From assembly GCA_051294375.1 (NCBI GenBank), contig CM119265.1:4571035-4635034 (forward strand): 64,000 bases of DNA, written 5' to 3'. A model generated the notes under the pieces. That model saw only the letters and a program-made list of their open reading frames with translations. It was not told where the DNA came from and ran no database searches. Positions within the stretch are counted from its first letter, which is position 1. The number at the start of each line of letters is the position of its first letter. A program made the position numbers and the translations under genes. This DNA comes from Paraspadella gotoi. Lineage: Eukaryota; Animalia; Chaetognatha. Shown here in pieces: positions 26,357 to 52,851 of this stretch.

Positions 26357-26998
26357 TCACCGTGGCCCTGTTCGTCATCATTGTCGTCATGCATATATGT
26401 ATTAACTTTATTATCATCTCCCGATTCATTGTCACAGTCGTCGCTATCGTCATTGTCATCCTCTTCAATATTGTCATCACAGACTTAAGTATTAAGTATC
26501 GTAACCCTGTTTGTTTTCACTATTATACTTGTCGCTGTATATCGTCGCTCTCATTGTCATCGTATTTGTCCTCTTTGTCATCACAGTCGTCATCGTCGTT
26601 GTCATCTTCATCATCGTCGTCAACTTCTTTCTCGTTGCACTCAGCTTCTGCTCGCAGGTGCGATCAGCTGCCTCGTTTGTCCCGCGATTCGATCGCATCG
26701 ACTTGCTCCGCTTGACTGCATCCGACGAAAATCAATCGCGCGGAAATAGAGCGAGCGTAAAGCGGCGTCGCCTCTGCGGCGTCGGCGGCGGCGGCGGCGC
26801 TGAAGCCATTGGTGGATGATATGACGTAATTCGCCCGAAGCCATGAGCGTTCGCTGTGCTGCAAAGACACACGTAACGGCAAAGTTAAAGTAAGACGTCC
26901 CCTCGCGTCGGTTTTTTTTCTTTCGGCCAAGTTTGTCGGTTCATTGTCGGTCTTGTTCGCGATCGGGCGCGCCCAAACCGGGCCTTGCCGCCAAACAC

Positions 26999-27062
26999 GC
27001 GTGCCCGCTCTGGCGCGTGCCCGCTCTGGCGCGTGCCCGCTCTGGCGCGTGCCCGCTTTGGT
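26999..27062 (+). repeat. GC-rich 16-bp tandem repeat (gcgtgcccgctctggc)x4
   Basis: Directly visible. Confidence 0.9.
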
Positions 27063-28244
27063 CTAATATTCTCCGCGCGCGCCGAGTATTTTCCACTTGG
27101 CATCCAAGCGTCGACCTTAGAGCCTCGGTGGCACAAAAAAAAAAGGGAAAAAAGGTAATAGAAAAAAGAAAGGAGAAAAAAAGGAAATATAAAGAAGGAA
27201 AAAGAAAGGCTGTTTGGTGCGGCGGCGGCGGCGGCGGCGAGGGGGGGGGGTCGCCCTCGTGGAAAATTTCAATTTCAGTCACAGCGACTTTTGGGAATCT
27301 GAGGAGGAAAAATGAGGCGAGGAAAACCTCGTCGTCGTCGTCATCGTCGTCGTCTTCGTCTTCGTCAGTCGTTGTCGTCGTCATCATCGTCGTCGTCGAC
27401 GCTGCCGAGAATCCGGGTGAATTTCTTTTTCTCTCCTCTCTTACATTCAATTCAAAATAATAATTAAATTAATCAAACTTTGAGCTAACGATGTTATTTT
27501 TTTTTCAAATTATATCGTAATACTTTGTACTATTTATCAGATAAATTTATCTAAACTTTTGTTTATAAATGCTCTTTTTCCTCGTCACGCGAAATGAAAG
27601 CAAAACGACCCACGGCCATCGTCTCTTAATATCTACCACCCCAGCTCAGTTCCTCTTTTCTCTCCCCTATTGCCGCCCCATTTTGAATCTCTTCGCCACT
27701 AATTCGCCACCCCATTTCCCTCATTCTATCTCACCCTATTTTTCCCCCTTTTTTCCTTCCCTCCACACCTTTCGACAACGCCTTTGCCCGCTCGGTCGAG
27801 ATTAAAGAATCCCCCGGGAGACATTCTCTCCTTTGATTTAATGGACGTCGAATGGAGATTTTTATTTCTTTCTTTCTCTCCTTTTTTTTTACGTACATCG
27901 ACTATGCCCGAAATTACTTTACATTTAGCTTTATATTTAGTATTAAGCGTAAATGTTAACTATTTTAATCGTAGGTGGCTAAAAGTGCTAATCATCTGTT
28001 ACAAAAATATCGGTGACCTCCTTCCTTTTTCTCCATCCAGCCATTTTAGAGGAGTTTTGTATTAATTAATTTTGAATTTTAATTTTAATTCGCATCTTAG
28101 AATGATTCAACTTTCAATTAATGACACGAGTTAAAATTCCTACCCTAACATAGCCCTTCTTTTAAACGAAGTCTCCAGACACCAACATCCGGCCTCCGCT
28201 TCTCCCGCCAAAACCCAAAAACCCCTAATTCCCCAAAACCCGTT

Positions 28245-40400
<12,156 letters not shown>

Positions 40401-40402
40401 TC

Positions 40403-40473
<71 letters not shown>

Positions 40474-40811
40474 GCCCGCTTCTCCCATTCAGAGCCCGCT
40501 TCCTCTCCTCTCCGCCGGTTTCCTCCATTCAGCACCCTCATCAAACCCTTCCCCGCCCGCCCCTCCCTCACCCCTCCTCTCCTTTCTCCGCACCTTTTTT
40601 TTTTTCCTCGCTAATTCCTAAAGTGCTTTAATTTTCGTGNNNNNNNNNNNNNNNNNNNNNNNNNCCATTAAGTCCCTTCTCGGAAATAACCTCTTCTCTC
40701 TCCATTATTCTTGTCGTTGCGAAGAAGGGAAGATTTAAAGGATGGAAAAACATCGTAAACACGAGAAAGATGACGAGGGGGGGATTTTCGCGACTCTGCG
40801 AGTCACTTCCA

Positions 40812-40863
<52 letters not shown>

Positions 40864-42805
40864 ACATTTCTAGTTCTCACTATATTCATCTTCTCCGTCC
40901 CTTCATTCTCGTCAAGTCTTCGTCTCTCTCTCACGATTGTATTGTCCTTCACAGACTCACATTTCTTTTTCGTCTGCTTTCGAATTGAATTTCTTTTCGT
41001 TCGAGTTTGACGGTTGACGCTTCACGGTCTTCGGCGTCACCGGTCGTTGCACTTCGGATAGACAGATGATTTTCCTCTTCTATCTTTTTTATGTTTACTT
41101 TTTTGTTTGTCTGTAAAGCATAAACAGTATATTTTATCTGTTATCTACATTTATATGTCGTTGCTCTTATCGTCAATATCGACCCTCTCAGTATCATTGT
41201 TAAAAATACTAATCTTTTTTTCAAATTGCAATTCTAAGAGTTTTTATTTATTTTTAATATTAAAGAGGAATGAAACGAGATAATTGATTTTTAATAGAAC
41301 GGGGGAGGCACGATCCAGATATTGCCCCGTCGTCGGATCCACACAGTGACAAAGGGGGAGCTTATTATGCTACCAGTCTTTAACTCCATAATTTTTACCT
41401 TTAAAATTCGCACCAAAAAAAGGGAACTTTTATTTTTTCTGTCGACTGAAGAACTGAGATTTGAACAAAATTAAATCCTCGTATTATTTAGCCACAAAGG
41501 GTTAATCTCTACGTTTCCTTTTTTTTTCTCTCATTTTCACTCTCTTACTCAACTCTCTTCTTCTCCCGGGCGGCTTGGTCTTTTGTTCGAGTCCAATTTT
41601 TTGGCGCCTGGATTTGAAATTCGCATTGTCTCAAACCGCGGGCGGATCATAAGCGGCCCCTGTGGCGTCGGCGGCGGCGGCGGCGGCGCTGCTGGTGCCA
41701 GAGGCAGCTGATACGAACGAATGGCTCTTGTACCATTAGGCACGGAAGATGGGAGGGGGAGGTCGTAGAGAAAATGACTAGGGAGAGAGAGAGAGAGAGA
41801 GGGAGCGTCACTGGTCAACTGCGGCATCAATGACCCTCCATAAAAGAAGGGAAGACGCCTCCACCGCCGCCAACGCCGCCGCCAACGCCGCCGCAGCCGC
41901 CGCCGCATTTTTGGCTCAGGACCGAGCGTGCTTTTTCGGCCGCACGTGGGGGCATCGATTGGTGTAAACGAGGGAGGAGAAACAAAGAAATACAAAACAA
42001 AACAAAAACCAAAACAACAAATGTAAATAAACGACGTTTTCTTTTCTAATGCTAATAGTCCTTTCTCTTTCTCTGCGTTCGCACTATTTATATACATATT
42101 TTGATACGGTTTTATGGTTAAAACTGTACTGATGAGTCGGTATTCAAGCTTTACATGTCTTTTTAAACTGCTCCCTAATGCATTACAAATTAAGTGAGTT
42201 TATTGGACATTTTTTCCTCGAATGATATATCCCTTATTTTCTGCGGGGTTTATTTTCGGCGCTGCTTTCTGGCCTTTTTAGTTTTTCCCTCGTTTTTTTC
42301 TTCTTTTTTTTTTTCAACTCGGACTTTCGTTCCGACTCCGAATGGCGATTGTGGACCTCGTTTCATTCATCGATCCCTCGAGCTTCAGTCGAAGAGACGA
42401 AATAATTCGTTGCGATGAAGAAGGTTCAGAAAAGGAGATAATGCGACTGAGTAAGGTCTCCGCTTGGATAAGGTATGACGGACGGATGAGACGAACAAAA
42501 AGTTAGGGATAATTCGAGGTCTATTTTACGAAGATGAGTGCAGATCAACTCAAAACTAGTCGCTTTTGCTCGAAGGCGGACGTCGACGAATAAATTGGCG
42601 ACGACGATCGCCGGTCGCATCTGTTTTGGTCGAAACGATGGGCGATCAGGACGGACGAGACGCCGGCGCCCGAGTTTGGCGAAAATCGAAGTAATGGCTG
42701 TGATTCACTGAAAATAACTCGCAAACTCCGCCTCTTTCCCCCCCCCTTCCACCTCGTAATCTTCCCACCGCCCACCCCCCCCCCACCTTCCAGGCGAAAC
42801 GGCAG

Positions 42806-43419
42806 GTTTCGGTTCCCTCGTCGCTGATTGGCGGAACCGAAGCAACGGGCTATGATTGGCCAATGTTCGACCGTAACCGCGGGCGATTGGTCGAGACACA
42901 ACGAATGCTTTGTTTTCTATTTGCGAATCCTTAACGACTTACGAAAGAGAAACTTTTATGAGGCGACGACTCAAAGGACAACGAAGACAAAGTCTTGACG
43001 TGGGAGAGTGGGAGAACTGGGAGATGGAGGGAAAGGAAGAAAGAAACAGAAAAGAAAGAAAGAGGGCAAAATAGAAAGAAATCTAGATTAAAATAATCAN
43101 NNNNNNNNNNNNNNNNNNNNNNNNGTTTCGGTTCCCTCGTCGCTGATTGGCGGAACCGAAGCAACGGGCTATGATTGGCCAATGTTCGACCGTAAACCGC
43201 GGCGATTGGTCGAGACCAACGAATGGCTTTGTTTCTATTTGCGAATCCTTAACGACTTCACGAAAGAGAAACTTTTATGAGGCGACGACTCAAAGGACAA
43301 CGAAGACAAAGTCTTGACGTGGGAGAGTGGGAGAACTGGGAGATGGAGGGAAAGGAAAGAAAGAAACAGAAAAGAAAGAAAGAGGGCAAAATAGAAAGAA
43401 ATCTAGATTAAAATAATCA
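42806..43419 (+). repeat. ~295-bp direct duplication (42806-43099 and 43125-43419) flanking a 25-N gap; likely contig-overlap artefact
   Basis: Both copies run from gtttcggttccctcgtcgc to atctagattaaaataatca. Confidence 0.92.
42824..42892 (-). promoter_or_regulatory. Cluster of CCAAT (NF-Y-type) boxes
   Basis: ATTGG at 42827, 42855 and 42886 (spacings 28 and 31 bp), each in a GATTGG context. One further CCAAT at 42860. Confidence 0.45.
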
Positions 43420-43749
43420 AACTGAAAATAGAAATAGATAAAAAAAAAAAAGAAGGGAGAACTAAAATGAAGGGAGAAGATAAAATCCTGGGCGATGATG
43501 AAGAGAGTGCGAGACGAAGACGACGACGACGACGATAAAGATGACGACGTCGCCGTCTTCTCTACGCGCCGTAAAAATTTTCTTTCTTCGTCCTTTAATG
43601 ATGCCTCCTATAAGAAATCGTCGTCGTCGTCGTCGCGTCATTGGTCGCCCACCCTCCCCTGCGGTCCCAGGCGCGAACCTCTTAATGTAGAGGCGCATGC
43701 CCGGTTCGAACCTTACGCAGATGTTCGCCCTGGCATTGCAGAGAGAAGA

Positions 43750-43832
<83 letters not shown>

Positions 43833-45151
43833 ATAATTAACGTGGCCGGGTTTCGTCTCGTCGCACGTAATTCGTTTTAAATCTTTATAATAGTTTTCAG
43901 ACACGGCCCCCGAAGAATTGTTCAAACGATTACATTCGAAAATCGATACATTCACAATTTCGCCTTCACGTTCACCGACCCAAGTTTTAAGCATCTCATC
44001 ATCATTCGCACTTTCTCTTTCTTGTCCGTTTCTTCTTTCTTTCCTTCTCCCTCTCCTCCCCCCCCCTACCCCCCCCTCTCAAAAAAAAAATGAGGATGAA
44101 TGGAGACAAATGGACGGAGACTCCACCCGCTGCTCGAGACGCATCTCTCTAGAGGGCGGGTCGACATCCGTTCTTTCTTTTGGGGGGAGGAGGCGGGGGA
44201 AGGGGGGGTTGAAGGGTCAGTGTCCCCTTCGAGTTCGGGCGGCGATCGCTCAGGGGCACCGACCGATGAGAAGGGAGGCGATGAGTTGTCGAGAGGGGTC
44301 GCTCGCAATGATGGAGTATAACGATCAGAGTCATCTTGGCGCTTCCTCCTTAGCCCCCCCCTCTCTTGACCCAAATAACCCTTGCCACTCCGTTAGCACC
44401 CTTCCTTCCCTTGCGAAGAGCCAATGAGCCTTCAGAGAGCCGACCTCTGAGAACCCGAAACATCGGGCTTGACCCCGTCGCCGGCGCCGGCGCCTAGCGA
44501 CCTGACGAGGATGACGATCACGAAAACGCCGGAGGCAGATCGTATCTTAAGATGGCGCGGACTGTTTTTATTTTGTGCGGAGGTCATTTGTGCCGTCGCA
44601 GGGTACGTTTGAATCATTTATTTAAAAAGGATTCATGTTTGTATTTTTCTTCTTTACTCAAAGCCCAAGGCTTTTCTTTTATTTCTTTTTTGGACGTCAT
44701 CATTTCTTGGTTTGAATTTACTATCGCTTCCTTCCGGTTGTTTTCTGTGCTTATCTTTTGAATGTTTGCTTGTTGTCGTCTTTCCTTTCATCATTTTTCA
44801 TTTCCTTTCTATTTTCCTTCACACCGTTTCCTCTATTCCCTCTCTTTTTATTGCGTTACATCCTAGCTTACTTTCTTCCTTGCAACGTCATTATTATGAC
44901 TTATTATCCATTTCATTCCTAATACTTTCTCTTCTTCCTTCCTTTTTATCCTTCCCCCTTTCTTCACTTTATCCTTCATCCTTTCCTTCTTAACTCCTGT
45001 TCTTTACTTCCTTACTTCCTTACTTCTCTCTCCAATCTTCCTTTCCTCCGCTTCTTCCTTCATCTTATCGACTATTTCCATTTGCCTCCCGTCATATTTT
45101 ATTGAAAACCCTTCAGTTTACTCTGTCCTTAACGCATTTCTTTTCACGCCT

Positions 45152-45198
<47 letters not shown>

Positions 45199-47654
45199 TT
45201 TCCCGTTTTTGCCCTCCATCTCAGGGTCTCCGTCGTCTTTTTCTTTCGCCAAGCCCACCTCCTCCTCTTCCTCCTCCTTTTTCCGTCTCCAGCGTCTTCA
45301 ACTTCATCAGCATCATCGTCATCCACATCATCTTTTCCATGATCATCAACATCATCTACTTCTTACTATTTATCTCTCCGCGCCTCTTCCCTTTTATTCT
45401 CTCTCCTTCTCTTTCTCACCGCGTGAGGGCGTAAGACACCCCACCCACTCGTTCTCTCTCATCGTCAATCACCTTGTCTTCACCATTTCCTCCACCCATC
45501 CACCCTCTGCTGATCCCAAACCCACCAATCCACCCTCTGCAGATCCCAACACCTCCTCAGAGTCGGGGATTATTTATGTTTTCTTCTCTCCTCGACGAAT
45601 TGTTTACATCCCAAGGACATGACGGGTGGCGGCCACTCCCGCCCTCCTTTCGGTTTGACGCTCTCTTCGTCTCTTGTCTCTGTCTCTGTCTCTNNNNNNN
45701 NNNNNNNNNNNNNNNNNNNNNNNNNNNNNNNNNNNNNNNNNNNNNNNNNNNNNNNNNNNNNNNNNNNNNNNNNNNNNNNNNNNNNNNNNNNNNNNNNNNN
45801 NNNNNNNNNNNNNNNNNNNNNNNNNNNNNNNNNNNNNNNNNNNNNNNNNNNNNNNNNNNNNNNNNNNNNNNNNNNNNNNNNNNNNNNNNNNNNNNNNNNN
45901 NNNNNNNNNNNNNNNNNNNNNNNNNNNNNNNNNNNNNNNNNNNNNNNNNNNNNNNNNNNNNNNNNNNNNNNNNNNNNNNNNNNNNNNNNNNNNNNNNNNN
46001 NNNNNNNNNNNNNNNNNNNNNNNNNNNNNNNNNNNNNNNNNNNNNNNNNNNNNNNNNNNNNNNNNNNNNNNNNNNNNNNNNNNNNNNNNNNNNNNNNNNN
46101 NNNNNNNNNNNNNNNNNNNNGCAAGAGGGGTGGTGGTGTATGGAATAGAATAACTAAGAATAAGAACAATATGTGTCAATATTTTTTCAATATTGAAAAC
46201 GTTCTTCGTAAATCTTCAATCTTCTTTTTATCGCGCATCTGCTTCCGCTCTTTATTTCTTCAAGAAAAATCAATTTTTCTCTCACCTTATTTAAATTTTT
46301 TTTTTTCATATCATCTACCGCTGGCACTTTATCTCTTTCCTTTTTACTCTTCTCCTCTACATTGTTTCTTTCTTCAGAAGAGCTCGATTCTATTTTCCAT
46401 CTTTAGCCCAATTTTTACTCAGCTTCTTTTCACCAGATAGAAACTCTCTCTCTCTCTCTCTCTCTCTCCTTCTCCTCTCTCGTCAGATCGTCTCTCTCTG
46501 CGCCTTCCCCTCTTCTGCGTCTTTCAGCTGCTCTCTGATCTCTCCCGCGCTCTCATCATCCTCTCGTCGTCTGTCTCTCTCATGCATCTCGTCCTGATCA
46601 GTTATTCACTCCCGACGACAGCGAAAAGAAGAACAATTTTTATCTTCGATATAAAAACTGGGAAGACAGAAAATTGAAGGAAATCTTGCTTTCTTCTCTT
46701 TCATCTTCGACGTCGTCGTCGTCGTCGGCGTCGTCGTCGGATTACGCCGCTTTATTTATGTGAAGGGCAAAGAGGGCGCCGCAACGCCGAGAGTAGAAGA
46801 GGCGGCGCCGGGTGAAAGCGCGCCGAAAATCTGGCACCGCGATTGAGAAAGAATCTGATTGAAATCCGCAGGCGTTCTTTTTATAAATTTTTCCGTATTA
46901 GATCATATTCTATTTAGTTTTTTATTTACTCTGGTAATTTTTAATAAATTTAAACTAAATGAAAATGAAATTGTTTAACATTGGAATTCAGATTCTTTTG
47001 TTTACTAAACATAAAAAGTCTCGACTGCTATATTCTCTTCCGTCTTCCTCGGAATTTTCTGTCGAACTTTTCCGGACAGGCATCACAGTCTCAAACTAGT
47101 GCCGACGGCGACAAATCGAAAAACAACAACGACAACAACAGGCGTCAACCTGAGGACTAATCGCAGACGAGAAAATTGAAGGCAATCTCGGTTTCTCTTC
47201 TCGAGGTTGTCCTAGACTTCGTTATCGTCGTCGTCGTCGTCGTCGTCGTTGTCAAGATTTTATATATCCTAGGGAAAGCGTCACTATCAGAAAATCTCAA
47301 ATTGATCTTTACTTGCAACCAACATAATGCTAATCTTGCGTCATAAATTATTCTCAAATTATCTTCAGGGAAAAAAAGGAAAAAGATCATCTAACTGAAA
47401 GGGAGTCAATTCTTAGAAATCCACGTGCGATTCCAGCGCCGCCAACGGACACTCGTAGATCGAAGGCACCGCTTCGTCTCTCCTTCAGAACTTGGGCCGC
47501 GGTCGTCCGTCCGTCCGTCCATCCGTCCCAGCTGCCTCCTCCGACTCTTTGATTCGTTAATCCAGACTAACGAGTCTTCAAGGACGTTGAGAGCAACGAC
47601 GCCGTGGGTTTCATTACTGTCATTACCAGCGGCGGCGCTGGCGTCGACGGTGGG

Positions 47655-47757
<103 letters not shown>

Positions 47758-48125
47758 TACCAGGTTGGCGCGAAAGTAACCGTAATCCTTTTTGCATATT
47801 GCGGTGATTTGGCTTCGACGACGCATTCGTACGCGCGAAGCCGAGACTCACGAACGGAGGAAACGACAAGTATCATATTTTATGTCTTTTTCGTCGAGTC
47901 TGCGTGAAATTAAAAATTATTCACTTATTAAAAAATTATAAAACTCGGTGTACGTAGAAAATAATATATTTTTTAAGGTCATGAAGAATGTAATAACGCT
48001 TTGAAGAATGGGAGAAGTAAACAAAAAGAAAATTCTTTGCCAAATATCGATGTCAACAATATTTTGATAAAATTACACCATTCATTATTTAAAAATTTGA
48101 TAAAAATTGATATGATAATGTGAAC

Positions 48126-48242
<117 letters not shown>

Positions 48243-49037
48243 CAAGCGAGTGAGAAATGAACCGACGCTCAGCTGGAGGCCGCAATCACAGGTCAGTCTT
48301 CTTCTCGAGGGCGTCAATGGGAGAAGGAAAGGAAAGAAAAATACAGAAAGATAGAAAGCCAGAAGGAAAGAAAGACAAAAAGAAAGAACGCAAAACAAAA
48401 TATCTATAAAGAGGAATTAGACGAAAAGAAAAAGACAAGTGGGCGAGAAAAATGGAGGAAGATGGAGCGAGAAAAAAAGGAAAGAGGAGGAAAGGAGGAA
48501 AAAGGAGAGGGAGACAGATTGGAGGAAAGAAATGAAGAATGGCGCAGAATGAAAATGAAGGATGGGGAGTGGGGAATGAAGAATGAAATAACGCTTTGAA
48601 GAATGGTAGAAGTGAACAAAAAGAAAATTAATGCGTTGGATGAGGGATTTTAGCGAAACTGGGTTTAATAATCAATAGAATAAGAGAATAATTTTTAATT
48701 GAAGAATGTTTTGCTTTTCACTACTGTAATTGTTTTTAAGGTATCGAATATGAAAAAGTAAAAAACTTATAACGGTCTCAAGTGCAGACCTTTAAGTAGT
48801 TACTGTATATCCCAAGGTAACTTAAAATCCCAAATTAACTTAAACTAGATGGGTACTCATTTCTAAAATAAACAATAAGAAAAGGAAAAGAAAACAGATA
48901 CAGAGCGACTTCGTCGGAAATTCCGATCCACTTTTTCGAGGCCGCGTGATTCCATGAATTCAGTTCAGAGGTCACGGGTTTTAGGACCCGACTTAGAGAC
49001 GAGAGAATGTAAATGAGTCTTTGATCGCTGCTCATTA

Positions 49038-49077
<40 letters not shown>

Positions 49078-49183
49078 GGCCTTTCGTTTATGCAAGCGAG
49101 AGGTGTATAAGAGCGAAACGGAATCGCAAATCCTCTTCTAATTCTCTCTCTCTCTCTCTCTCTCCTCTTCTCTCTCTCTTCTC

Positions 49184-49214
<31 letters not shown>

Positions 49215-50016
49215 CTCTTTGACTTAATTGTCAGACCGACTCTCCTTTGTGACTCTCACTCATAAGTCAATCCCGTCTGACGTCGAAGTTTTTCATCAGG
49301 CTTCTCGAGAGACAAAGAAATGCTCGCAGTTAAAGAGATAACAGACGAAAAAGTTAAGCCCAAACCGCGTGAATTCATTTTTAAATGTCAGACAATTTTC
49401 AACAACTCCTTGGGTCGATTTTTTTTTTTTTTTTTTTTTTGAAAAACCGTTCTCACTCGTCGAATCATTAAAAACACAAAGAGGAAAAAAAAGAAAGAAA
49501 TTAATTGGTGGATTTTTTTTCTTTCCTCGGTTAACTTCGATAATCGAATTCTCATGAACTAAATACCTTTTATCTCTTCCTCTTCGCCTTCATGCCTTCT
49601 CTTACCCCACCCCCCTACTCCCGCCTTACCCTTCCATTCACCGCCTTCACCAATCCCCCCTCCCGTCACCGCCGTCACCCCCTCATTTCTCCCGTCCCCG
49701 GTCCATTATCTGCGTTCTCATATTTCGCCATCATTAAATGTCACGTGATTCATCAACGCTTCTTCTTTTTCATTCGAAAAATCCTTCGTTCTTCTTTCAC
49801 ACCGACTGCCCCTCCTCCATTTTTTTTCCTTTTCACCTTCCTTTGCTAATGCTTAACTCTGTTTAATATTTTCGTCTCCTGCCTATTTCACTTCCTTTCC
49901 TATGAAAAATAGCAGGATTACTTAATTTTAATTACTTAAAAACAACTTTTCCTATTCGAATTTCACTTTAAATCCTCATTGTAGCGGTAGTATTTCATAC
50001 CCTTCTACTCGTCCTA

Positions 50017-50070
50017 TGGCGCCGGAGGTAGCACGAGCTCCTCCCAACCCAAATGCCTGCGTATTCGAGT
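50017..50070 (+). mobile_element. Second diverged tRNA-like SINE head
   Basis: tggcgccggaggtagcacgagctcctcccaacccaaatgcctgcgtattcgagt shares ccggagg, tcccaacccaaa and ttc.ag with ~7343-7398. Confidence 0.4.
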
Positions 50071-50442
50071 TTTTTGATCTCCCTCAACTCAAGGCATCAG
50101 TTTTCTCCTTTCTACCTCCTACAGCAGAGTCGCTCATGAACTCCAACCGTCGTCTTCTATTTGCTTCAACCTTCCCTCTCCCTATTTTCTTTTTTTTTCT
50201 TTCCTCCTCCTCCTCCTTCTCCTCCTCATCTTCCTCTCTCTCCCCTTTCCTTCTTCCCCCCCCCCTCCTCCCTCTTCGTTCACCTCCGAATTCGAACTTC
50301 ATGTCTTCAGGGAGTCAGGTTTCGACATGGTCGTCGTCGTCGACGTTGCCAAGGGAACCGCCGTCGTCGCTATCGTCGTCGCGTTTCCATCATACAGCGA
50401 CCTTTACTTGAAACGTCACATCCAGATTCGACGCGAATAGCT

Positions 50443-50532
50443 TTCGTCGTAGATTTCTTCGAGTTCGTCGTAGATTTCGTCGCGTTCGTCGTAGATTTCG
50501 TCGCGTTCGTCGTAGATTTCGTCGAGCTCGTC
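50443..50532 (+). repeat. 21-bp minisatellite (ttcgtcgtagatttcgtcgcg) x~4.3
   Basis: Directly visible. Confidence 0.9.
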
Positions 50533-50983
50533 TAAGTTTTTGTAGTTCATTTCGTCATGGGGAAAAGGATTTTGGTTTTTGAGCGTCTACGTGAGCGTCA
50601 ACGTGACCTCATTCTTTTAAGTAAAAAAAATGGTCACTTTTAGTTTTCTTTTTTTTTTTTTTTATGTTCACTTTATTTATTTTATTCGTCTTTCTATTGA
50701 CAAAAAATATTTAGGAGTAAAATGATGACCCAATATCATCATTAGATGGATTCAAGATTTAACATGTTCGATCTACTTTTCCATTTCAATACAATTTTAG
50801 TAATGTAAATTAGTTTGTTACTCTGAGATCCCCGAAAAAAAAATTCATTTTCTCCTTTCTATTCTTGTTCTTCTCTTTTCCTCTCTATTCTTTTCTTCTC
50901 TCGAATCGAGATTCAGAAAATTCCTGAATCTTTTCCGCTCCGCAAAATCAAACGTCGTTTTTTCTCTCTCTTCGCTGCCTCTT

Positions 50984-51107
<124 letters not shown>

Positions 51108-51872
51108 ATTTCCCTTCTTTATCTGTTCTCACGCTACTCATCCTTCTTTTGCCCTAACAACGCTAAAAACTGAATAAAAAACCCTCTTTTTACTTACTAA
51201 CTTACTTACTAACTATTGGTTATTTAAAAGAAGAGTCACTATCTTTCCCCTTCCCGCCAATTTTCACTTCCGCCTCGAATTTCCGGCTTCTCGCGATTAT
51301 GCGATAAACTACCACGCGAAATTCCGTCGAAATATAGGATCATGTATTTTTTATGCGGACTCTTCTTCGTCTGTCGGCGTCTCGGCGGTGAGGGCGTCGG
51401 CTTGTCGGCGGACGTTGTCGGTATGATCTTGTTTTGGTCATCCTCCCACTCGGCAGAGGCGTCGGGTTATAACCCGGAAGTCGGTGGGGCGTAAAGCGTT
51501 TTTCGATGAGACGTCGACCGGAAGCGATATCGGACGAGACTGCGGGGGCGTCGTCGTCGTCTTCGTTTGTCCATTAAAAGATAATTTATATAGAAAATTA
51601 AACATTAACTTCCATCAGCCATAATCCTCTAACTCCGAACTTCCCCTTGCAACTTGCTCCGACCAAGCGTGAAAAAAAAATTTTGGGGGGGGGAGAATCG
51701 TTTAAAAAGCGAATCTTGCGAGAGAATGGAGAGGAACTACTTTTTCGCCTTTCAGACCGCGACCGACTCACCATCACTTGACTTCAATGTTCTTCCGCGC
51801 GTAAAGTCTTATACACTTTAAAATTCATTGAGAAAAAAATTAAAGGAAAAAAGGTCTTCCTTCCCCTGGGTA

Positions 51873-51909
<37 letters not shown>

Positions 51910-52745
51910 TCTCTCTCACACACACTCTCCCTCTCTCTCTCTCACCCTCCGTTCAAGAGTGATGAGCGGCGTAAAAAAGAGAGAAGGCCTTCAATTTCTC
52001 CCAAGAATCCTGAAACAAAAAAGTAAAAAAAAAACGAGAAAAAAAAAAGAAAATAGAAGGAAGAGAAAAGAAATGAAAAAAGAAAAAAAAAGGCCGAAGA
52101 ATGAGAAAAAAAAAAAAAAAAAAAAAGAGAGAAAAAGTGAAGGATAAAAAAAAAGGAAAGGAGAGAAAGGGACATAAAAGTTAAAAGACTTGTTCCCAGG
52201 CGAACGTAAAAGATGGAGATGGATTAACTGGAGGGATGCCGCCAACGCTGACGCCGACTATCGCCGCCGACGCCGTAGGGGCCGCCTCGCCGCCAGCGTC
52301 CCTGGCGCCGTAGCCGCCGCTGGCGTCGCGATAGGGACCACGGACTAGAGTAGAAAGATGACATCGGCTTATTAAATTTTTTTTTTTTTTTTTTTGAGCC
52401 AAAATTGAAAAAAAAAGGTATTAAGGGGGAGAGACAAATCACAAAATGAAAATTTTAGAAGAAGAAAAACAGATGAAAAAGGATGAATTTTTAACAGATT
52501 CAAACTAATTTAGGCTCGAAGACAAAACGATTCGTTAATTTATCTTTAAGTCGCCTCAATATTCTCCAAATTTCAATTATCTTTGACTACGTTTGATCTT
52601 AAAATTAGCCGTGATCTCGCGGAGGACACGGTCCAGTTTCCAAGCGACGGAAAACCCTTTTTCCGCGTTCGTGTCTCGTCACTTCCGGCGACGTTTGCGG
52701 CCTCAACCGGCGTCCCTCACGGAATCGAACAAACAAACGAACAAC

Positions 52746-52787
52746 CGCGATATCACGTGATATCGCGTCGACTCATGTGACGTCACA
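52746..52787. promoter_or_regulatory. Perfect 22-bp palindrome centred on an E-box, followed by a 12-bp CRE palindrome
   Basis: cgcgatatcacgtgatatcgcg (52746-52767) and tgtgacgtcaca (52776-52787). Confidence 0.5.
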
Positions 52788-52793
52788 GAGGAG

Positions 52794-52851
<58 letters not shown>

